Shown piece after piece: positions 54,179 through 64,000 of a stretch of 64,000 bases of DNA (the stretch's first letter is position 1; every line of letters begins with the position of its first letter). The translations under genes were made by a program, and so were the position numbers. This DNA is from Octopus sinensis (lineage: Eukaryota): NCBI RefSeq assembly GCF_006345805.1, contig NW_021824849.1:1-64000 (forward strand). Direction: 5' to 3'. Under the pieces are notes generated by a model. That model made no database searches, had not been told where the DNA came from, and saw nothing but the letters and a program-made list of their open reading frames with translations.

Positions 54179-54755
54179 GTTCTTTATTGCCCGCAGGAGG
54201 CTAAACATAGAGGGGACAAGCAAAGACAGAGAAAGGGATTAAGTCGATTACATCGACCCCAGTGCGTAACTAGTACTTATTTAATCGACCCCGAAAGGAT
54301 GGAAGGCAAAGTCGACCTCGGCGGAATTTGAACTCAGAACGTAGCGACAGACGAAATACCTATTTCTTTACTACCCACAGGGGCTAAACACAGAGAGGAC
54401 AAACAAGGACAGACAAACGGATTAAGTCGATTACATCGACCCCAGTGCGTAACTAGTACTTATTTAATCGACCCCGAAAGGATGGAAGGCAAAGTCGACC
54501 TCGGCGGAATTTGAACTCAGGACGTAGCGACAGACGAAATACCTATTTCTTTACTACCCACAGGGGCTAAACACAGAGAGGACAAACAAGGACAGACAAA
54601 CGGATTAAGTCGATTACATCGACCCCAGTGCGTAACTGGTACTTAATTTATCGACCCCGAAAGGATGAAAGGCAAAGTCGACCTAGGCGGAATTTGAACT
54701 CAGAACGTAACGGCAGACGAAATACCGCAAAGCATTTCGCCTGGCGCGCTAACGT
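54179..54755 (-). mobile_element. SINE family B trimer (one head, three ~183-bp bodies)
   Basis: Units 54179-54360, 54361-54543 and 54544-54726. Head to ~54755. Confidence 0.93.
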
Positions 54756-55064
54756 ACAAATCAATTTTCCCCATTGAAATTAACTGAGATATAGTTAATC
54801 CGTTCAAAAATATTTTATGGGTTTTAAAGCAGAAAAGTTGTAGTCAAAAGTAAAATAACAATTATAAAAAAGAGAATGCAAAAGAAATATGTTAATTGGT
54901 TTTATTAACTGAATTAATTACCTTAAAGATGGGACGGTTTGTGTGCCCGTACAGCGGATTTCCGTTCATACTTCAAGACAAAAAATCGCACGAGTCTCGG
55001 CTCGTACAGTAACAGTAAATTACTCCTAGAATGATGCACTCGTACTGCGAGATTCTAGTGTGTG

Positions 55065-55096
<32 letters not shown>

Positions 55097-55139
55097 ATAT
55101 TTCCTTGTACTGTCGTTACTGTCCTGGTTTTGTTACCAT

Positions 55140-55460
55140 TTTTACCCCTCTGCAAAAAGATCTCAAATTTTATTTGATTTGCTTTTCGCAGGAAGGAAAG
55201 TTTCTTATCGAAGATACGTCTCGCCTTCACCTTCGAAACGTAGAGTAGATGAAACCATGGCGACTGAAGAAGGGGTTTTTTTCCTTGTGTTATTTGTCCT
55301 GTACTCTTTTTTTGTTGTTTAAGAAAAATGTCCAGTTCCTTGTGTTTGTGTCTATGTTTTCGTTTCTCATTGTGTTCGACGTTTTTTTGGTGTCCTGTAC
55401 TCATATATGCATGTATATATACATGTAGAGGTAGGTACGTACATATATGTACATATATAT
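55140..55460 (+). repeat. unclassified dispersed repeat H3
   Basis: Similar to 17760-18010. Confidence 0.7.
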
Positions 55461-55901
55461 GCATATGTTTTATTTATTAATATATTATATATATATATAT
55501 ATTATATATATATATATATATGACGGCTTAGACACAGTTTCGGCCTATCGAATTCACTCACAAGCCATTTGGTTGCAAAGCGGGCTTCTTGATCTCACAG
55601 CGATGCATATTGAAATTCGGTGTGCTTTTTGCATTTCCTTCTATATCTTATGGACGTTATTGTAATGCTTTCATTTCATTACAGGACCTCCAATGATGTT
55701 CTTGGGTGGGTGTGGATGTGTTTGTATATATATGTTTATTTAGATAAAGTGACGGAATACATCTAGATTATAGATTTATCTTCTAAATACAAAAACGCAT
55801 CTATTATCCGTTATATATCTCTGTCCTCCTATCCCCTCTCTTTCTCTCTCTCTTTCCATAAACATACATACATACATACATACACACATAATTATATGAA
55901 T

Positions 55902-55932
<31 letters not shown>

Positions 55933-56006
55933 ACTACAAAATTAGAAAATGGAGAAACATATATATATAGAGAGAAAATTAGAAAATGGAGAAACATATA
56001 TATATA

Positions 56007-56062
<56 letters not shown>

Positions 56063-56084
56063 TTATGTAGATATACGTATGTGT

Positions 56085-56270
56085 AGCCGCCATGATCGAC
56101 CGCTAGGCACTAAAGCCTTTTTTTTATTCTCTCTCTCTTTATTTTCTTCTGTTCCTTTCTGCTGAAGAGCGTAGGCTCGAAACCTTTCCATTCTTCCCGA
56201 GCGTTAAACTAATACACCTGTTTGTTGTGTATACACCTGTCTTCGTCTTTTGTTTTTGTAAATCCCAACT
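56085..56270 (+). mobile_element. dispersed repeat family H1 copy 3
   Basis: GCCGCCATGATCGACCGCTAGG...CTGCTGAAGAGCGTAGGCTCGAAAC. Lacks GTAAAAGA. Confidence 0.75.
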
Positions 56271-56348
56271 ATACACACACACCACACACACACATATATG
56301 TATGTATATATATATGTATGTATATACAGAGAGAGAGAGTTATGTAGA

Positions 56349-56391
<43 letters not shown>

Positions 56392-57869
56392 CGCGCTCGC
56401 GCGCACTTATCTCTGCGTGTGTATGTTTATATATGTATGTGAGTGTTTCGATAACGTTGAAGTGCAAATGTATAACATCAAAATATACTCGTATAATTCC
56501 ATTACGCTTACTCTGGGTACACTTGTATATCTTAATGTATATATATATACACACACAACTTTATTAACACATTTTCACAAACGCACGCGCTTGCACACAT
56601 ACACACACACATTCATGCACACGTGTTAACGTACGCCTTTAAAATATGTAAATACACTGCATATGCACACACTCACACGTGTAGCAACACATACACACGC
56701 GCACGCACATACATACACACACGCATGCGCACACACACACCTACATCGTACGCCCAGACACCTAATATCTGTTGCCAATAAAATTCCTTAGAATCGCACA
56801 TTCCAATTAAGTTTGTTCACGTGAATAATTTTATCAGACTTTTTTCTAAAAAAATCTCAGCTTTCTATTTCCATCTCTCTCCCTCTTTCTTTCTCCCCCC
56901 TCTCTCTCTCTCTGCCCTCAAAAGCTACTGTGCTACAGTAGGTGCGGTCATGGGTTCAAAATCTGTGTGTAAGAGAGTGTGTGTATTCGAAGCAGTGGAC
57001 CAGCTTTCTTCCAGAATAAATGTTAACTCTGCCAACATTACACAGAACGAACCAACAGAGAAGTCTCTTATATTAAGGATGGGTAAAACTTCTTAGAAGA
57101 AGAGAAGAGTGAAACTACAGGTTCTATAAGAACCAGCCTGTGGGGGGCGCATCTGCGCCGAGAGAGAAAGAAAATACATAATGAATCATTAATTATACAA
57201 ATTAATAGGTTGTGCAACTTATATTTAATTACTATTTTGGTGTAGATGAATAAACCTGTTTTATTACGTCTTGGTGTTTGAGAGATTGTGTCAGCGGGTG
57301 GTTTCGAATGCATGCAGGTGGGATGGGGTGGGATGGGAGGGTTACCTGCCTTGATCCAGTAACCGTTAGTAAAAGTTGAACAACAGCCAAATCTACCCCA
57401 GACAACACCCGAATCTGTGTGTGTGTGTCTGTGTGTGTTAGTGTTTTAATGGCTATATTAGATAATATAGTTCGGCGTATATACAATTATATTAGTCCAA
57501 GAAAATATGGGATGGCCATAGGCTGAGTGCCTTTGGTTATAGATTAACTCGTTCAAAGATTACTGGAGCTTGTTTGCTATGTATATTCTATTCCCATCTT
57601 ACAAGGCGGCACCCTGGCAAAATCATTAAATGTCTGAAGAAATATGTTTCTTTGGCTCTTTACGTTCTGAGTTCAAATTTCCCTGAGGTCGATTTTGCAT
57701 TTTATCTTTTCAGGGTCGATAAAATAAGTACCAGTTGAGCATTGGGGGTCAATGTAATCGACTTTACCTAAAATTGCTGGCAATGTTCCAAAACTAGAAA
57801 GAATTATCTAGCTTTTCTTATACGGCTGCGCGCTGACCGAATCGTCAGAGCAACGGAAAAACACGAGTA

Positions 57870-58846
57870 CAGTCGTCCCTCGACAATCGCGAGTGTAACG
57901 CTCCAGAACAAACCGCGATAAGTAAAAATCCGCGAAGTAGAAACTCTCTCTTTTATTCTTTTACTTGTTTCAGTCATTTGATTGCGGCCATGCTGGAGCA
58001 CCGCCTTTAGTCGAGCAAATCGATCCCAGGACTTGACTTTTTTAGCCTGGTACTTATTCTATCGGTCGTTTTTGCCGAACCGCTAAGTTACGGAGACGTA
58101 AGCACACCAGCATGGGTTGTCAAGCGATGTTGGGGGGAACAAACACAGACACACAAACATACACACACACACCACACACACACACACACACACCCACACC
58201 CATACATATATATATTATATATTATATATATATTATATATACATATACATATATACGACGGCTTCTTTCAGTTTCCGTCTACCAATCCACTCACAAGGCT
58301 TTGTCGGCCCGAGGCTATAGTAGAAGACACTGGCCAAGGTGCCATACACAGTGGGAATGAACCCTAAACCATGTGGTTGGTAAGCAAGCTACTTACCACA
58401 CAGCCACTGTATATTTTTTATTTGTATATATTTATTTTATTATTTGTAAATATTTATTTTATTATTTTTATTTGTTCTCTTAAGAGTACCCGTGTCTTCT
58501 CTTTCTTTGCCTTCGAGTTTCGTTTTCCATTCAGTATGTGCTATTCTTTGCTTACTCATCTACGGTACACTATGTGCTTTCTTTTAATATATTACAATTA
58601 ATGTATTTATACAGTGCAGTACTGTACTGTGATTTTAATTACTAATTTATTAATTTTTAGGCGTGAAAATTCTTATTTTACCAAAGAAATAATTAAAATA
58701 TAAAAAAATATATATATAAATACGTATCGGCAGCAGAAACCCGCGACATACTGAAACCGCGATATAAATTTACGTATATTAGCCTGAAAAATACGCGATG
58801 TACTGAGGGCGCGATAGTTGAACCGCGATATGGCGAGTGATTACTG
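57870..58846. mobile_element. pogo/Tigger-like MITE interrupted by SINE A (57946-58407, minus)
   Basis: TA|CAGTCGTCCCTCGACAATCGCG ... CCGCGATATGGCGAGTGATTACTG|TA. Same family as 12856-13073, in the opposite orientation. Confidence 0.75.
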
Positions 58847-58949
58847 TATATGCATTTTATCAATATTTAGCAGATGCAACTTTGATAAGTGCTATCACAC
58901 GAAACTCTCCGCACTTGAGTCACTCTGTTGCTTCTACTAAATATTAATC

Positions 58950-59585
58950 CTTTCTACTATAGGCACAAGGCCTGAAATTTGTGGGGAGGGAACTAGTTGA
59001 TTACATCGACCGCAGTGCTCGACCACGATAGGATGAAAGGTAAAGTCGACCTCGGTGGAATTTGAACTCAGAACGTAAAAATGAACAAAATGTTTGTTAA
59101 GCATTATGCCCGGCGCGCTAACGATTCTGCCAGCTCGCTTCTGCTAATTATTAATGATAATAACAGCAACAATAATAATTCTTTCTACTGGAAGCACAAG
59201 GCCTCAAATTTAGGGGAAGGGATTAAGTCGATTACATCGACCCCAGTACGTAACTGGTACTTATTTGATCGACCTCGAAAGAATGAAAGGCAAAGTCGAC
59301 CTCAGCAGAATTTGAACTCAGAATGTAAAGACGGACGAAATGCAGTCAAGCATTAACGATTCTTATTTCTTTATTGCCCACAAGGGGCTACACACAGAGG
59401 GGACAAACAAGGACAGACAAACGGATTAAGTCGATTATATCGACCCCAGTGCATTACTGGTACTTATTTAATCGACCCCAAAAGGATGACAGGCAAAGTC
59501 GACCTCGGCGGAATTTGAACTCAGAACATAGCGGCAGACGAAATACGGCTAAGCATTTCGCCCGTCGTGCTAACGCTTCTGCAAA
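58950..59585 (-). mobile_element. cluster of three SINE family B copies
   Basis: Three core/B-box units. The young copy 59364-59585 ends AAAGAAATA|AGAATCGTT inside an older head. Confidence 0.85.
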
Positions 59586-60086
59586 ATATTAATAACAACG
59601 ACAACAACAACAATAATAATACACACACACACACACACCACATATGTGCCCACCACGTATACTCTCTCACATGTATCGACAGACAGAGGAAAGAAGCTGA
59701 TAGAGAGACAGACATCCAGACGGACAGGGTCGAAGATAACAGATTTATCAGTAATATCAAGCTTTTACAATCTCCTTCCAGAAACATTCTCCGTCGGTCC
59801 AGACAGAAGTATGTCGTCACTATCTTAAAGATAGGACTTCACTGTTCAGTAGTGTTACTAAGAAATGCTAATATATTACTGTCTGTAAATAGACAGGAAT
59901 GGTTCTACTGTTGGTAAGAAGTGGCAAACACAAACGGATGACTAACTTCTTCCGACTGTATAAACCGGTTATCTTTTCTATCCTTTACTTGTTTCAGCTA
60001 TTGGACTGCGGCCAAGCTGGTGCATCCCCTTGGAGGGTTTAGTCGAACAAATCGACACCAGTATTTATTAAAGAAAAACTTTTTCA

Positions 60087-60158
60087 AGCAGAGTGGCGCA
60101 GTGGCAGCGTGCTGGGCCCATAACCCAGAGATCCGTAGATCGAAACTACGCTCTGCTA
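60087..60158 (+). tRNA. tRNA-iMet: initiator tRNA-Met (CAT)
   Basis: 72 nt cloverleaf: acceptor AGCAGAG/CTCTGCT+A (A1:U72), D arm GCGC/GCGT, anticodon stem CTGGG/CCCAG with loop CCCATAA, T arm CGTAG/CTACG with initiator-type loop ATCGAAA. Two apparent deviations from the recalled metazoan iMet (D-loop GGC vs GGA; variable loop AGATC vs AGGTC). No downstream T-run. Confidence 0.9.
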
Positions 60159-60165
60159 AAAGTAC

Positions 60166-60520
60166 ATAGGCGCAGGAGTGGCTGTGTGGTAAGTAGCTTG
60201 CTTACCAACCACATGGTTCCGGGTTCAACTCCCACAGCCTCAGGCCGACCAAAGCCTTGTGAGTGAATTTAGAAGACGGAAACTGAAAGAAGCCCGTCGT
60301 ATATATGTATGTGTGTGTATATGTTTGTGCGTCTGTGTTTGTCCCCCAACATCGCTTGACAACCGATGGTGGTGTGTTTATGTCCCCGTAACTTAGCGGT
60401 TCGGCAAAGGAGACCGATAGAATAAGTACTAGGCTTCCAAAGAATAAGTCCTGGGGTCGATTTGCTCGACTAAAGGCGGTGCTTCAGCATGGCCACAATC
60501 TTATGGCTGAAACGTGTAAA
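60166..60520 (+). mobile_element. SINE family A directly downstream of the tRNA
   Basis: ATAGGCGCAGGAGTGGCTGTGTGG starts ~8 nt after the tRNA. Internal deletion in the core. Confidence 0.9.
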
Positions 60521-60540
60521 AGGATCTCTCCCTCTCTCTC

Positions 60541-60588
<48 letters not shown>

Positions 60589-61516
60589 CTCTTCTTGTCG
60601 GGGGTCCCAGATGAACCTACCTCACGACAGGAGACACAGATGCGAGCAGCGGCATCGAACTCTCTTGTTGATCAAGTGCCACGTATCAGAGGTGGATTCA
60701 CATATTAGTGTAGCTCATTCAGCGGTGGTGCCCCAGCATGGCCGCGGCCTTCGGGCTAAAACATTTTTAAGGATTTAACGATATATATATATGCAATGGG
60801 TGTGTGTGTGTGTGTGTGTGTATACATAAACACACACACGAGCTTCTTTCAGTTTCCGTCTACCAATTCCATTCACGAGGTTTTTTGATTGTTCCGAGAC
60901 TATATAAGAAGAAAATTGCCCCCAGATCGTATGCAGTGGGACTGAACTCGAGACCGTGTGGTTGGCAAACAAACTTTTTACCACACAGCCAATCCTACGC
61001 TTACATGTTGAAAATATTATAGAACTCAAGGAATAAGTGATACATGAAATGATGGCAGGAATTTCAGAAGGGTGGAACAAAGTGATGATTTTCTGCGATA
61101 TCTATTGTGTGTGTGTGGTGGTGGTGGTGTTGGTGGTGGTGGTGTTGGTGGTGGCAGTGGTGACAGAGGTCTATGGGGGAGTTTTGGAAGTTGATACCTT
61201 ATTAGTGATGTATCACTAAGGATTTATCTCCGAGATAATGAGATTTTTTTCGTTTCAGTAACTAAGAATAAATCACCGCACCTTGAAAGTATTACAGTAA
61301 TCTGTGTATGCGCATCTAGACTTGTGTGTGTGTGTATGTGTGTGAATGCGTGTGTGTGTTTGCTGGGGGTGCCGGTTTGCTTTGCGTGGGGGAAGGGATT
61401 GGCCTCAGCCACCATGACTTCACTATCAGTTTGTGACCCAGTGACCTAATGAGTAAGGATGAGGATGTAGATGATGTAGGAAGGAGGTAGAAGCTGATGA
61501 AATTGCTATACATACA

Positions 61517-61549
<33 letters not shown>

Positions 61550-61891
61550 GAACATACACGCACACAAACATACATTCACTCATATACACACACACACACA
61601 CACACCACACACACATATGACGAGGTGGGGCTGTGAAGGTGCGTGCTAATATGGCTAAGCGTATTTTATTTAATGTGGCGTATGGGAATTTCCTTTCCGC
61701 TTTACATCATCGTCTCGCTAGGGACCAATGTCGCAGCCCTCGAATTATTTATAATTAACCTATAATTAATCTGTGAGCCCTCTGCTGAGGGTATGCCTCA
61801 ATCCCGAAAAGTTGAAGTGTACTCTTTTCAGTTAATTTGATTCGTGTGCTTGTTTGCCTGTGTGTGTGTGGAGAGAGAGAGAGAGAGAGGG

Positions 61892-61939
<48 letters not shown>

Positions 61940-61961
61940 GAGAGAGGACAGACAGACAGAC

Positions 61962-61998
<37 letters not shown>

Positions 61999-62079
61999 AA
62001 ATCGATGACAAAAAGACAAAGTTCAACTATGAAATCGACAGAAATCCAAGGGACGTTTGCAGTTGATAGTGATTTCAAA

Positions 62080-63090
62080 TTTTGGCGCAAGGCCAGCAAG
62101 TTTCGGAGAGGAGTTTAGTCGATTACCTAAACTACAGTGCTCCACTGGTACTTATTTTATCGACCCCGAAAAGGATAAAAGACAAAGTCGACGTTGACGG
62201 AAATTGAAATCGCAATGTAAAGACGGACGAAATGCCGCTGAGCATTTTGTCCGGAGAGAGAGCTAACGACTTTGGCAGCTCACCGCCTTAATTGGAGGTA
62301 ATAATATTAGTATGACAATACTAAGGTGGCGAGCTGGCAGCAATGTTAGCACGCCGGGCGAAATGCTTAGTGGTATTTCGTCTGCCGCTACGTTCTGAGT
62401 TCAAATTCCGTCAAGGTCGACTTTGCCTTTCATCCTTTCGGGGTCGATTAAATAAGTACCAGTTACGCACTGGGGTCGATATAATCGACTTAATCCGAGT
62501 GTGTCTGTCCTTGTTCGTCCCCTCTGTGTTTAGCCCCTTGTGGGTAGTAAAGAAATAGGTATTTCGTCTACCGTTACGTTCTGAGTTCAAATTCCGCCGA
62601 GGTCGACTTTGCCTTTCAGCATTTCGTGATTGATTAAATAAGTACCAGTTACGCACTGGAGTAGATGTAATCGACTTAATCCCTTTGTATGTCCTTGTTT
62701 GTCCCCTCTATGTTTAGCCCCTTGTGGGCAATAAAGAAATAAATATAAGTATGGCAAAGGTAGCGAGCTGGCCGAGTCATTAGCAGGCTGGGCAAAATGC
62801 TTAGCAGCATTTTGTCCATCTTTACGTTCTGAGTTCAAATTCCGCCGAGGAATTATTTGAAGAATTCATTTGAGTCAAATTTTTTTTTTCTTTTTTTAAT
62901 ATCGAGGACATCAGAAAGGCGGTGAGCTGGCACAATCGTTAGCATTTCATCTTTCATTATGCTCTGAGTTCAAATTTCACTGAGGACGACTTTGCCTTTT
63001 ATCCCTTTCGAGGTCGATATGATAAATACCAGTTGAGCACTTGGGTCGACGTAATCCCCCGAAATTGCTGGCCTCGTGCCAAAGTCTGAA
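62080..63090. mobile_element. cluster of SINE family B copies incl. dimer 62325-62740 (+)
   Basis: One minus copy (62080-62290), a plus dimer with junction GAAATAGGTATTTC (62552-62565), and further plus fragments. Confidence 0.85.
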
Positions 63091-63178
63091 ATCAACATTA
63101 AGGACACTAAACGAGTGTCGAGACCTACACATTGTATAAGCACACACACACGCACACACAAACACATATGTATGTATG

Positions 63179-63236
<58 letters not shown>

Positions 63237-64000
63237 CAAACACACCAGGGTTCTTTCAGTTTCCGTCTACCGAATCCACTCACGAAGCCATAGAAGACAC
63301 CTGCTCATGGTGTCACATAGTGGGACTGAACCCGGAACCATGTGGTTGTGAAGCAATCTTCTTACCACACAGCCACATACATCACTGGATGAGACTTTTC
63401 CCTTTCTACTCTGCACACATAATTGACTGAGAACTCGTATTCTTTTCTTTGTCTATTGTTAATAAAATCCTTTTAAATATATAGTAGACCTTTCAATCCA
63501 CTTACTCTGGCTTACGTGATGTTTAGGAACAAACAATCTGGCTTACATGTGTTTACAAATAATTGTTCTGATCCGGCTTTCAAGTCTATTTTTTGCACCA
63601 ATCCGGCCTGCACAACCAGAAGAGTTTCAAACATATCTGCTTTAAGAGGGTCGGAATGATAGGATAACTAGTGGCATTGTTCCGGCTGTGTGTGGTCTCT
63701 TCAAATCTGATCGAACCTAACTTAAATTCCTTTCATCCTTTCAAGTTCTCGCTCCTCTCTCCTTTCCCTCCTTCCCGTCTCTCGTCTTATCTCTCCCTTG
63801 CCCCCCCCCCTCTCGCCTCACTGTTTTCATATTATTTATGTGGGCATCTGCGTGTGTGTGGGTGTGAGAACCTATGGTCGAGACTGAATGGTGCGTTGTA
63901 TGAGTAAAAACACCACTTCATCTCCCGTTGTTCCTCGATCATTTCCTCACCTGACACGTGGTACACCATGCACCTTTTCGGACAACGCCGATTTGATAAA

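Noticed and set aside
54179-54755. Regularly repeated ~183-bp units as a CRISPR-like array
   Set aside because: The units are whole SINE bodies with no unique spacers. The context is eukaryotic and there are no cas genes.
57346-57414. Minus-strand 69-nt exon-like frame (SGVVWGRFGCCSTFTNGYWIKA)
   Set aside because: It overlaps a degenerate copy of a dispersed repeat also seen near 5190-5225, and the acceptor has no pyrimidine tract.
61405-61440. Perfect Kozak GCCACCATG
   Set aside because: It is followed by a stop after 7 codons, with no other support.

Overview
AT-rich animal genomic DNA, saturated with microsatellites ((TA)n, (CA)n, (GATA)n, (TACA)n, (AAT)n, (TAG)n) and retroposons. The SINE families and composition look like an octopus/coleoid cephalopod intronic or intergenic region; this is recognition from memory, not a database result. 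I find no intact protein-coding gene, and nearly all listed ORFs are microsatellite translations. Supportable content: (1) one initiator tRNA-Met gene (60087-60158); (2) decayed DNA transposons: two mariner relics, a Tc1 DD34E element, a DD37E (TRT-like) element with long TIRs, pogo/Tigger-like and TTAA-type MITEs, and a non-autonomous Helitron; (3) decayed non-LTR retrotransposons: a ~3 kb RT plus restriction-like endonuclease (R4/Dong-like) element and CRE-, CR1- and RTE-like 3' fragments; (4) dozens of copies of about five tRNA-derived SINE families, many with clear TSDs, nested or multimeric; (5) unclassified dispersed and fold-back repeats in (TA)n tracts. The best leads for undescribed biology are three. 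First, three different repeat families each carry a minimal, dimer-type hammerhead-ribozyme topology with one altered core nucleotide. Second, a SINE forms multimers and nests through a recurrent palindromic junction. Third, the tRNA-iMet lacks a terminator and would read through a SINE. Ribozyme activity, exons and promoter calls are unproven inferences.
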